Assembly: GCF_036365525.1 (NCBI RefSeq)
Contig: NC_090383.1
Location: 120,220,531-120,284,530, forward strand
Direction: 5' to 3'
Length of the DNA: 64,000 bases
Source of the DNA: Heterodontus francisci
Taxonomy: Eukaryota
The notes under the pieces are model-generated. The model had not been told where the DNA came from. It did not search any database and was given only the letters and a program-made list of their open reading frames with translations. Position 1 is the first letter of the stretch. Every line of letters begins with the position of its first letter. Made by a program: the position numbers and the translations under genes. Below, piece by piece: positions 21,800 through 34,194 of the stretch.

Positions 21800-24700
21800 A
21801 GGGAATAGAGATTTTTTTGAGATCATGGACAAGCAACTGAAACCTATTGCTGCAATTCCTGCACCAGGTGAGAACGTCAGGATACTTCATGTGTCTTGGA
21901 GGCCCACATGTTTAGGAAGTGTTTCCATCTGCTTGAGCTCAAACTCAGGATTTCTGAGCTTGAAGGGCAGCTGGAGTCACTGCGGAGCATCAGGGAAGAT
22001 CAGAATTTCCTGGATCATACGTTCTAGGAGGTGGTCACCTGACAGGCAGAGAGTTCAGGATGGGTGGCCACCCCGAAGAGTGGGAAGAGGCAGGCGGTAC
22101 AGGAGACTTTGGGGTGTCTGCCACTCTCAAACCAGTACACAGCATTGGAGACCTTTTGGAGTGATGAAACCTTGAATGATTACATGGCATCAATGGGCAA
22201 GGGACTACACAGGAGGCAAGAGTTGAACTGCAGTCATTATAGGACATTCCATGGTCGGGGGAAGGATAGGCATTTCTGTAACTGTCATCGTAAGTTGTGT
22301 TCCCTCCTTGGTGTCAGGGTAAAGCACACCACAGAGGGCGCAGAATATTCTGCAGGGGGAAGGAATGAGACAGACATTGTGGTACACTTTAAAACCAACA
22401 ACATAGTGAGAGCATTTACTGAGGTCCTACGGTCAGATTTTCAAGAGCTGTGGAGGAAGTTAGAGTGGGACCTCAAGGGTAGTAATCTCCGGATTACTCC
22501 CTGTGCCATCCGCTAGTGAGAGTAGAAATAGGAAGCCTGGGAGGTACAATGCATGGCTTGAGACATGGTGCAGCATATAGAAGCGGAAAAAAGGAATGAG
22601 GTGCATAAATGACTGTTGAATAGTACTGGAGAAGGAAGTAGTGCTATATTAGATAGCAGCACATTAAAAAAGGACTACGAGGAATGCAAAAAAGATTTAG
22701 AATGCATGTGTGTGACCATACAAAGTGTGGTGAATAAGGTTGGTGAGCTACAAGCACAAATAGCCGTATGGGAATATAATGTAGTGGCAATAACGGAAAC
22801 ATAGCTTAAAATGGTGAGGAACTGGCACTTAATATCCAAGGATACAAAGCATTCAGAAAGATAGGGAAGGGAAAAGGGAGGTGGGGTGACAGTACTGATT
22901 AGGGAAGATATTGTAGTGTTGGAAAGAGAGGATGTCCTTGATGGGGAAACGACAGAATCCATTTGGTTAGAGCTGAGAAACAAGAAAGGCATGATTATGC
23001 TATTGGGGGTATTCTATAGACTTCCAAATAGTGAGAGAGAGATAGAGAAGCAAATCTACAGGGAAATCACAGAGATGTGCACGAACTATAGAGTGGTGAT
23101 ATTGGGGGTCTTTAGTTACTCAAATATTGATTGGGCTAATGTTAGAGTAAAGGGCAAGGAGGGGCAAATATTTCTTAATAGTGTTCAGAAGAACCTCCTT
23201 GGCCATTACGTTCCTGCTCCAACTAGGAAGGAGGCATAAATAAAAACAAGAAATGCTGGAAATACTCAGCAGGTCTGGCAGCATCTGTGGAGAGAGAAAC
23301 AGAGTTAACGTTTCAGGTCAGTGACCCTTCATCAGAACTAGGAAGGAGACATTGCTGAATCTGGTGCTGGGAAATGAGGTGGACCAAGTGGTTCAGGTGT
23401 CTGTGGGGGAGCACTTGGGTAAGAGTGATCATTGTATCATATCATAAGGTTTAGATTTGAAATGGAGAAGAGCAAGGAACAATCTAAAGTAGAACTCCTT
23501 ATTTGGCAGAGTAGTAATTTCAATGGGTGAGAGGGGATCTAACCAGGGTAATATGGAACCAAAGACTGACAGGAAAAAGTGTAACAGAACAATGGGTGAT
23601 CTTTAAGGAGGAGATGTTTCAGGTACAAGTTAAGTACATTCCAGCAAGGGTTAAAGGTAATGGACCAAAAGTCAGGGCTCCTTAGATGACGAGGGAGATA
23701 GAGAATATGGTTAAACAAAAAATGAAATGTGTATGATACATGTCAGGTGAATTCTTTAAGCAAGAACCAGGCCAAACACAATATGTTGAGAAGGAAAGTG
23801 AAGAGTAAAATAAGACTGGCAAAGAGAGAATATGAGAATGACACTTAACATAAATGGGAACTCAAAAATCTATCGGCATTTAAATAATAAGTGGGTAGTA
23901 AGAGGCGGTGTGAAGCCGATTAGGGACAAAGAAGGTGACATATGCTTAGAGGTTCAGGGCAAGGCTATATGGATTTTAAGAAAACATTTGATAAAGTACC
24001 ACGTAAAAGGCTGGTTGACAAAATTGAGGCTCATGGAATAGGAGGGTCGGTGTCAGCTTGGATAAAAAAATTGGCTTAAGGACAGAAAACAGTGAGTCCT
24101 AGTAAATGGTTATTTTTCAGACAGGAGGATGATAGACAGTGATGTTCCCCAAGGGTCAGTGCTGGGACCACTGCTTTTTTGATACATATAAATGACTTAC
24201 ATTTTGGAATGCAGAGCAAAATTTCAAAATTTGCTGATGATACCAACCTTGGAATTATGGGAGTGAGGATGATACAAATCGACTGTAGCAGGCCATAGAT
24301 AGGCTAGCAGAATGGGCAGAGAGGTGGCAGATGGATTTTAATACAGACAAATGTGAGGTGATGCATTTTGGCAGAAGGAATAGGGAGAAACAATATCGAC
24401 TTAATGGCACAGTTCTAAAGAGTGTGAAGGAATAGAGGGACCTGGGGGTGCAGGTGCATTGATCTTTGAAGGTGGCAGGACATATTGAGAGAATGGTTAG
24501 TAAAGTATATGGGATCTTGGGCTTCATAAATACAGGGACAGAGTACAAAAGCAGGAAGGCTATGCTGAACCTTTATAAAGCTCTGGTTAGGCCCCAATTA
24601 GTGTACTGCATCCAGTTCTGGTCACCACACTTTCGGAAGGATGTGAGGGTCCTTGAGAGGGTGCAGAGGCAATTTACCAGAATGGTTCCAGGGATGGGGG

Positions 24701-25170
24701 ATTTTAGCTGCAAGGTTGGGTTGGAGAAGCTGGGATTGTTCTTCCTGGAGCAAAGGAGATTGAGGGGAGATTTGATCGAGGTGTGTAAGATCATGACAAG
24801 TTTAAACAAAGTAGACAAAGGAAAGCTGTTCCCGTTACCTAATGGTACAGGAACTGGGGGACACAGATTGTAGGGTTTTGGGCAAGATATGTGGGGGTGG
24901 GGGGGGCAGGGAGGTGTGATGATGTGAGGAAGAACCTTTTTACACAGTGAGTGGTAATGACCTGGATCTTGCTGCCCATGGAGGTTGGTGGAAGCGGAGA
25001 CAATGAATGATTTCAGTAGGAAACTGGAAGGGCACATGAAGGAAATAAACCTGTCGGGCTATGGGAATAGAGCAGCGGAATGGGACTGATTGGATTGCTC
25101 CACAGAGAGCCGGCATGGACTCGATGGACCAAATGGCCTGTTTGTGCCATAATGTTTCTATGACGTTGTG
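21800..25170 (+). mobile_element. Degenerate near-full-length CR1 (ORF1 esterase-like remnants, EN and RT remnants), with a PLE fragment at 23238-23340
   Basis: VVAITET, GVFYRLPNS, KFADD and YCIQFWSPH remnants with frameshifts and stops. Confidence 0.8.
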
Positions 25171-26499
25171 AGACATGGAGTAGGGAGGGTGTTGACAATG
25201 AGTATAACCAGATACTATAATTCAGATACTATTAGAGTGTTTTCAGCAAAGTTGTGAAGATAAGTTTTAAAGTTTTCTGAAATGATTTTAAACAAGCACT
25301 CACATAAAAGTCAACTAAATGTGGAGTCAGAAACATAGGCATGGAATATGGAAAATGGGACTGCAGGTTACCTGGCTGAAACATCCATTACTGCCAGAAC
25401 AAAGCCTTTAAGATATCTGCACTCTTCCCAATTCTGGCCTGTTAAGCAGCCCAATTTTAGTCACTCCACCATTGGTGACAGTGCCTTCGGTTGCTGAGGC
25501 CCCAAGCTCTGGAATTTCCTCCCTAAACCTCTCCTTTCATCTCCTTCTCTCTCCTCCTGTAAGACACTCCTTAAAACCTTTCTCTTTGACTGAGGTTTTG
25601 GACATCGGCCCTAATATCTCCTTATGTAGCTCAGCATCAAATTTTGCTGATAAAGCTCTTGTGAAGCGTCTGGGGTTGTTTTACTATATTAAAGGTGCTA
25701 TATAAATGCAAGTAATTGTTGTTGTTATGCAGATAATTGATGCAGTCGGGCCCCACAAATCCCACTTCTCCCAAAGAGAGGCCCCTCTCTCCTTCAGCCT
25801 GCTCCCAAATCTGTCTAGCTCAGCATTGAATACATTCAATAACCCAGCCTCTCAGACACAACTGCAATTCTGCTGAAAGACAGCGTTGCCAGGCCATTCG
25901 TGCCACCAGGGCACTGAAAAGACAGCAGGATTTATCCAGTACATTAACTATCAAACACAGGTAGAAGTGTGTGGAAACAGAGCAGGGTGAATAAATGGTG
26001 AGGGAAACAAAATGGATATTGAGTGAAGGGAGGATAATGAATGTTATGGATAGATGATATAATGAATGACAGTGGAAGAGGCAGAAAGAGAATGGGGGGA
26101 AGTTAGAGAGAGGAGGACAATGAATAGAAGCTGGAAATTGAGGAGGGAAATGGACAGCAGTGTGGGGGTGGGAGAGTGGATGGTGGTGGGAAGGACAGTA
26201 GCAGGAATGGACGGCAGTGGGGGGGAAGGATGGCAGAACGTGTGACAATGAAGGAGGCGAGAGTGGCTGGCATTGAAAGAAGGGATGGAGCGTATGGCAG
26301 TAGAAAGGGGATGTCAGAGAAGATTAAAAGGAATCCCAAAGATTAGGATCCATTCGGATGATAAATTTCTTCCAATGGTGGGATAATGGGAAGGAGGTGC
26401 ATGATAGGTCAGAGTAAGGAGAATGCAGTGTTGAGGTGGATGTTTATAGAACTGGAGGAGATTGTAGGGTTGGGAAAGGCCACAGAGGATTTAAAGAGG

Positions 26500-26935
26500 A
26501 GCTAAGTAAATTGGGACTGTATTCTCTGGGGTTTAGAAGAATGAGAGGTGATCTCATTGAAACATATAAGATTCTAAAGGAGCTGGATAGGGTAGACACA
26601 GAGATTATTTCTGCTGGTTGGGGGATCTAAAACATTGGGGCACAGTCTCAGGATAAGGGGTCAATCATTCAGGACTGAGATGAGGAGAAATTACTTCACT
26701 CAAAGAGTTGTGAATCTTTGTAATTCTCTACCCCAGAGGGTTGTGGATGCTCCATCACTGAATACATTTAAGGCTGGGATAGATAGATTTTGGTCTCACA
26801 GGGAATCAAGGGGTATGGCGAGGGGGTGGGAAAGTGGAATTGAATCCTAAGATCAGCCATGAATGTACTGAATGGTGCAGCAGGCTCAATGGGCCATATG
26901 GTCTACTCCTGCTTCTATTTCTTGTGTTCTTGTGA
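26500..26935 (+). mobile_element. CR1 3' fragment
   Basis: LGLYSLGFRRMRGDLIETYKI; FTQRVVNL. Confidence 0.8.
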
Positions 26936-27159
26936 TAATTTAACATTTAATGCTGTGGTGACGGGAAATCAACAGATTTTCGGATGAAAGTTATGATAAG
27001 CTAGCATCCAATAAGGCATCATTCAAATAATTCAAACTTGGAGTTTGTGCCCCCATCTCATTATCCTTTGCTTGTGTAATAAGTGTGTTGAGTTCAGGAA
27101 CAGATGCTCTGAAGTAAATGTTCCTATGTTCTTTCCTAAATTATGCAGTACAAAGACAT

Positions 27160-27585
27160 AAGAAAATGAACATAAGAATTAAGAGCAGGAGTAGGCCATT
27201 AAGCCCCTCAAACCTGCTCCACCATTCAATAAGATCAAGGTTGATCTGATTGTGGCTTTAACTCCACTTTCCTGCCTGCCCCCCATAACCTTTGACTCCC
27301 TTGTTGATCAAAAATCTGTCTAACTCAACCTTGAATGTATTCAATGACCGAGCCTCCACTGCTCTCTGGGGAAGAGAATTCCAAAGATTAACGACCCTCT
27401 GAGAGATGAAATTCCTCCTTATCTCCACTTTAAATGGATGACTCTTTACTTTGAAACTATGCCCCCTAGTTCCAGATTCCCCACAGGGAAACATCCTCTC
27501 CGCATCTATCATATCAAGCCTGCTCAGAATGTTATATATTTTAATAAGATCACATCTCAATCTTCTAAACTCCAATGAGTACAGC
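27160..27585 (-). mobile_element. CR1 3' fragment
   Basis: LYSLEFRRLR.DLI..SQRVVNLWNSLP. Confidence 0.8.
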
Positions 27586-28755
27586 TGCAGCCACCAGACA
27601 CCAAGGAGTGACGTTCGAAACAGGCTCAAGGTAGGTCAGGGCGGGAAGGGTCTCCCGGGGTGGGGGTCACGGGGGTAGTAGGGGAGGTGGAGTGTCAGCA
27701 GCAAAGCTAAGGGTATTCCCCAGAGGTCTCCCCTTCCCAATGCCGGGTCCACTAAGTGCCTTTGAACGAGGAGCCCGCCCGCAGCTGGGAAGCAACCCAA
27801 GTGTTTTTTTGTGCCATGTTTCCTGTGCGGAAACAGGGCCACCTACGGCACGGGTAATTCCAGCTGCAGTGGGAAAAGCCCTTTATTGGGGTTAATTACC
27901 CAGTTAAGGTTCTCAGTTGGTGGCAGGGCAGGAAGGTTATTCACATACCTTCCCACTCCAGACTAAATTTCCGTGGAGGCGGGATGGGGCGGGACTGACT
28001 TCTTAGGGCTCCTTTGACAACCCCTTTCAAACCCACGACCTCTACCAACGAGAAGGAAAAGGGCAACAAATGTATGGGAACACCACCACCTGCAAGTTCC
28101 CGTCCAAGTCACACACCATCCTGACTTGGAAGTATATCGCTGTTCCTTCACAGTTGCTGGGTCAAAATCCTGGAACTCCCTTCCTAACAGCACTGTGGGT
28201 GTACCTACCCCACATGGACTGCAGCAGTTCAAGAAGGCAGCTCACCACCACCTTCTCAAGGGCAATTAGGGATGGGCAATAAATAATGCTGGCCTAGCCA
28301 GCGACACCCACATTCCATGAATGAATAAAGAAACCCTCACCCAGCCACTATCCCACCCGATTTTATGCTTTACTCTCCTCCAAACTCACCAAGCAGGACA
28401 ACATAAAATTCCACCCTTTGTGTCTTCCTCACAAATTGCTTTTCTACCTATCTTTGTATTGGCAGCAAATTTGGCTACAATACACTCGGTCCCTTCATCC
28501 AAGTCATTAATATAGATTGTAAATTGTTGAGGCCCCAGCACTGATCCTTGTGGCACTCCATGAGTTACAGTTTGACATTTACCTTAGCTGGAAATATTCA
28601 GATGGTCCACAGAGCCACTCGGGAAAATAAGGGCTAGCAAATTAACTTGGAAAAGTGATGCCAAAAGAAGCCGCAAATACACCAATAAATCTGTCTCATC
28701 AAACAGATCCTCCTTATTACAGAAAACAACAACCTCAAAAACTAACTGAACTCAC

Positions 28756-28829
28756 CTCTGTGTCTCTTATAGAAGAAATATTTTCATAATCTGCAGTTGT
28801 GTTCTGATTATCAGCTGCTCCCAATGATG
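28756..28829 (-). CDS. Exon 5: cytoplasmic exon with YENI motif
   Basis: Acceptor ttatttcacAG, 74 nt, phase 1-0, GTGAGT donor. Translation PSLGAADNQNTTADYENISSIRDTE. Confidence 0.85.
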
Positions 28830-29001
28830 CTGTGAAATAAATTATAAAATCTCAGCAACATGGACTATAATAATAATCATATTTTGCTGCTGATAATATC
28901 ATTTTATATATCACCAGGTACTTTAACAATTAGTTCTGAACTTTTATATTTTAGCAGTTATACAAAACAATCAAGACAAACTATTATTTAGTCACACATA
29001 C

Positions 29002-29136
29002 GGGATTCTTTTTTTCCAAAAAGTGTGTATCTGGTGATTAAAATTCCTCCAATAACAGCAGTAACTGCCAGCAGAGCCCCCAGAATGATCCAGACAAGGG
29101 TCGTCTTCCCAACTTGATCCGTTTGTGTTTCAGAAA
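29002..29136 (-). CDS. Exon 4: short stalk plus transmembrane helix
   Basis: Acceptor ttttctttcacAG, 135 nt, phase 1-1, GTATGT donor. Translation SETQTDQVGKTT-LVWIILGALLAVTAVIGGILI-TRYTLFGKKES: 21 uncharged residues followed by basic residues. Confidence 0.88.
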
Positions 29137-29514
29137 CTGTGAAAGAAAAATCACATGTTTAAGGTCAAAGACAAGCGAAAGACATCAGATTCCCTTCCAT
29201 CAGTAAAATCAGAAATGGTACCAATGGGAAATTAAAATCAGGGTGAAATTCAAATTGAGCAGGGCACCCGACATGCTGGAAACTTGGGCGACAATGTTAG
29301 ATTAAACATAGAGCAGTCTGATTTATCGATAATGAGGGCTGTCTATTGCATAGTATTACTGACGATCTGCTCTGCTATCTAGCTGCCTTGGCAAAAGAAT
29401 GCAGAACTGTTGGACAATGCAGAAAATCTCCTCTGATGGAGGGTAAGTGATTAGCAGAGGGTCTAGCGGATTCTCTTCTTTATCCTCCGCTGTTCACACT
29501 AACCTGACATAACT

Positions 29515-29862
29515 CACAGTGGTGCAGTGGTTAGCACCGCAGCCTCACAGCTTCAGCGACCCGGGTTCAATTCTGGGTACTGCCTGTGTGGAGTTTGCAA
29601 GTTCCCTCTGTGTCTGCGCGGGTTTTCTCCGGGTGCTCCGGTTTCCGCCCACAAGCCAAAAGACTTGCAGGTTGGTAGGTAAATTGGCCATTATAAATTG
29701 CCCCTAGTGTAGGTAGGTGGTAGGGAAATATAGGGTCAGGTGGGGATGTGGTAGGAATATGGGATTAGTGTAGGATTAGTATAAATGGGTGGTTGATGGT
29801 CGGCACAGACTCGGTGGGCCGAAGGGCCTGTTTCAGTGCTGTATCTCTAAAACTAAAAAAAA
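29515..29862 (+). mobile_element. tRNA-derived V-SINE/HE1-like SINE
   Basis: A-box-like tggtgcagtggttag, B-box-like ggttcaattc, V-domain core tgtgtggagtttgca..ccgggtgctccggtttcc and a LINE-like tail. Confidence 0.8.
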
Positions 29863-32800
29863 CTCAGAGAATTCTTTTTATACAGTGATATAATGTTTGT
29901 TGATACCACTAATCATGTGATTTGAACTTGTGATGTTGCACCATGTGACTGATATCACCAATATACATGGCCGGGCGATCTGTATAAACAAGACAAACAA
30001 TATGGAAAAAAAAAGATGTAGAGCAGTTGAGGAGAGGCAGTTAAATGGTAACAGAGGTGAACATAAAGTTCTATATATTGGAACACGAAATGTCAAACAT
30101 GCTAGTTAGCAAGATGGAGATGATGACTTCAATGGAAGGAAGCTAGGGCGGAGTGTATAATGGATGGTTGATTTGATACCGTCTGTTTTGCACACCCAGC
30201 AATGTTCATTTTCATCCGTTATCCCTAATATTTAGATAGAATGTCTGAGGCTTTGATCTGTGCTCCAAGCCAGGAGCAGAATCTCATTGGTCTCCAGATT
30301 ACATACAGTGCTACGCACCCAAATCTTCAAAATTACATCGATTTTGAGGCTTCAGTCTCTCAATTATGAAGACAGACTGGCAGAGTTTAACTTCTTTCCA
30401 TTAACAAAAGATTACAGGGGGAAATGAATTCAGGAGTGAAATTATAAAATCAGTAAGAGTAAAGAATGGAGAATGAATTTATGTAACAAACTCTAAGCAA
30501 AATTAACTCATTCAAAATGTTTTAATAAATATGAGGCGGAAAGTGAGACTAGAGTTTATTGCTACTGTATATGCTAAGACAATTGGCAATGTTGTTTCTG
30601 GTCGGAAGTCTATCAGGGTTGAATAGTGCAGATGTGAGATACTTTTCAATTTTCCCGCTGACCTTTGCAATGAGGAGATGAAGTGTACTTTACCTGACCT
30701 GTCCTGAATTCACCCGGATTTGCAACGTCACACCAGTTTAAGGGCCCGCATTGGGCCGGATTTGAAGAGGCTGCGGCAAGTTCAAAAAATGGCGGCCCAA
30801 CAGCACGGACCACACCCCAAAGAGCCACAGGCGATCTTAAGCGCGACAGCTCATTTAAATAGCCGGGTCAGCCCATTCCCCCACCAATCTTGTGCGGGGG
30901 GGGCAATGGTGTCAGCTGCCTGCGTGCGGGCGCTGGTGCCATTTTTAAAGGGCAGCCAGTCTTGCCGGCACATTTAAATTTTTAAAGTCCTACCCCTAAA
31001 ATTGAATGAATAAATGCCCCTTTCCCACCCCCCCCCCCCAATAACAATTACAATAACTATTTGCCCTACACCTGCCCACCCTCCAAAACACTTACCTTTT
31101 ACATCTGACCTTCCCCCCCAAAACTACACAATGTTTAAGGTCGCACCTTCCCCTACAGCCATTAAGCATATTTGACCCGTTTCCCCCCCCAGTGATAAAC
31201 TAAGCTCCTCCCCCCTCCTCACCAGTGTGGCACTGCATTTCCCCAGACAGGGATCTGAAGGCAAGGGGGTGCCGGCTGCTGTGCCAAAAATCGTGGCGGG
31301 CCCTCAAGATCGCAGGTAACTCTGTAAATTTAAAAATGTTATTCATTTGAATATTTAAATTGTGGTCCCATTGCCCAGCAGTGTGGGGGGCTGCCATGGA
31401 GCTTTGTCCCTGCTGGGTGGATTGGCACGGGCCCTCCTGGTGTCAGGGTCCGTGTGGGGCCACATCTGGAGTCATCTTCAGGTCCCCCCGCACACCGTGC
31501 CATGGAACCTGATGCCTGGGGGAGGACAAGATCCAGCCCCATGGTCTTCCCTTCTGCATGGATGCAGTGTTTTGTTCACAGGCCCCACTCGGATTATCCA
31601 TCAGAGTAGGTCTGGTCACAAGCCTTATTCTGGGTATTCATCTCAATAGATATCTTCCTGGTGTTTGGAAAGGAAAAGGAAAAGGGAGGAACCATTTTAA
31701 ATGTCCCAGGGAATGATCATTGAAATTTACAGTGACTTACACAGAATCGACAGCACAGAAACAGGCCATTTGGCCCAACCAGCCCATGCCAGAATTATGC
31801 TCCCCTGAGCATCCTCCAATCCTTTCTCATCTAACTCTATCATCGTAACCTTCTATTCCCTTCTCCCTCTGATGCTTATTTAGCCTCCCCTTAAATGTAT
31901 TTATACTATTTGCCTCAACTTGTGGTAATGAGATCCACATTCTCAACATTTTCTGGGTAAAGAAGTTTCTTCTGAATTCCTTATTGGATTTCTTGGTGAC
32001 TATCTTATATTTATGGCCTCTAGTTACGCTCTTCTCCACAACTGGAAACACTCTCTTTGGGTGTATTTTCCTGGCCCATTGGAAATGGGCTGGGAGGCGG
32101 GAGGACTGGGGAATGGTATTGGGAGGGAAGCCCGATGTCTTCCCGTTGCCTTGGCACATTGCCAGTGCCATGACTCTAAGAGGCGTGGCCACTCACCAGG
32201 CCAACTGCACAATTAAGGGCCACCTCCCACCCCCGTAGGCATTTTGCCCGTGTCGAGATAGCTCGCTGCCACGTGGGAAGACTTGGGTAAATCCTAGCGA
32301 CCTTCCGGTGTGTTCCCGGGGGAGGGTGGGAGTTCTTGATGGGTGCTCAATCGCTCACGGAGGGCACCCCCCCCAGCAGCAGCACCCCCCCCCCCCCCTT
32401 TGCAAAATGCCACTCCAGGTTCCCGTCGCACGCTGGAGCGGGGTTGCCTCCTGCTTTCGGCCCCGGTGACGGGACTTCAATGTCCACTAAAAATGTTAGC
32501 CCTTGTGTCTACTCTATGAAAACCTTTCATAATTTTGAAATCCTCTCTTCGGTAAACGCTCGGTCATTTTTTACGAGAAAAGCGATTCAGACCGATGAAC
32601 CTTTCCTGTTACGGAGAACCTCGCAATTCTGGTATCATCCTTGTAAATCACTTTTGTGCCCTCTCCAGTTCATTCATATCTTTTTTATAATATGGTGACC
32701 AGAACTGTACACAGTACTCCAAGTGTGGTTGAAACAGGTTCAAAACAACTTTAGCATAACTGCTGTGCTGTTCAATTCTATAGCTCGAGAAATAAACCCC

Positions 32801-34194
32801 ATTGCTTGGTTTGCTTTTGTTCTGAATCCAAAGTTCATCATGTTTTGGCAATGATCTTAAATTTATGCCCTCTAGTTACTGATTAACCAATCAGTAAAAA
32901 TAGTTTGTCTCAATTTACTTCATCAAAATCTTCTAGAATTTCGAACACTTCTATCAGATCTCCTCTTCAGGTGAGGTGTTAAACTGAGGCCCTTCTTCCC
33001 TCTCAGGTGGATGTGAAAGATATCAGGGCCCTATTTCGAAGAGCAGGGGAGTTCTCCCGAGTGTCCTGGCCAACATTTATCCCTCAACCAACATCACGAC
33101 AACAAACTAACTGGTCATTCTCACATTGCTGTTTGTGGGGGCTTGCTGTGCGCAAATTGGCTGCTGCATTTTCTATATTACAACAGTGACTACACTTCAA
33201 AAGAACTTTATTGGCTATAAAGCACATTGAGACGTAAAAGGTGCTATATAAATGCAGGCCTTTCTTTCTTTTAACCTTCTTTATAATGAAAAGAGCCTCA
33301 TTTTCTTCAGTAAAAGCAAAATACTGCAGATGCTGGAAATCTGAAATAAAAACGAGAAATGCTGGAACCACTCAGCAGGTCTGGCAGCATCTGTGAAAAG
33401 AGAAGCAGAGTTAACGTTTCGGAAGAAGGGTCACTGACCCGAAACATTAACTCTGCTTCTCTTTTCACAGATGCTGCCAGACCTGCTGAGTGGTTCCAGC
33501 ATTTCTCGTTTTTATCTCATTTTCTTCAGTGTCATCTCATAGCAAAAGCCATACTTATCCCTCGTATCACTTTACTGAAACTCTTCTTCACCCTTTCCAT
33601 GGGACACATCGTCCTTCAAATAAGGTGTTCAAAACAGGAAACCATATTGTAATTGTGACCCAAACAATTTAGCAAGATCTCTTTGATTTTTTAATCTACA
33701 TTTCTATTTGTAAACTGTTAGAAGTTCCTTGTTAAAGAACTTTATCAACTTTTCCCACTGTGAAAGATTTGTGTTTATGAATACTTAGGCCCCTTAGCTC
33801 CTTTTGGGATTTTACCGTTTAGTACCTATTTCTTCTCCTTATTCTTCCTCCTAAAATGTGTCCTCTTGCATTTTTGCTCATTAAATTTCACTCTGTAAAT
33901 AAATGTAAGACTGAGTAAAGATTGGCTCCAGTATCATCCTTCACCAACTAGCTTTCTGGAATACAACAGTGGCCTCTACTATTTCCTCTGACTTTTCTTG
34001 CAATGCAGCCAGTTCCTCCTCCACCTCCCGTTCCCCTTTATTTATATACTGTTACTGCTTTATCTATCGTTACCTTAACTATTTGCTCCTTTTGTATCTG
34101 TTCATTCCCTCTTTCACACTCTTACACATAAAAAATAATAAGGATTAGGAATGCTGAATGAAGTTCAGGTGGTTATAAAACCATAGGAACGTGT

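Noticed and set aside
29515-29580. tRNA gene
   Set aside because: It is a SINE head followed by a V-core and a LINE-like tail, repeated at 49080.
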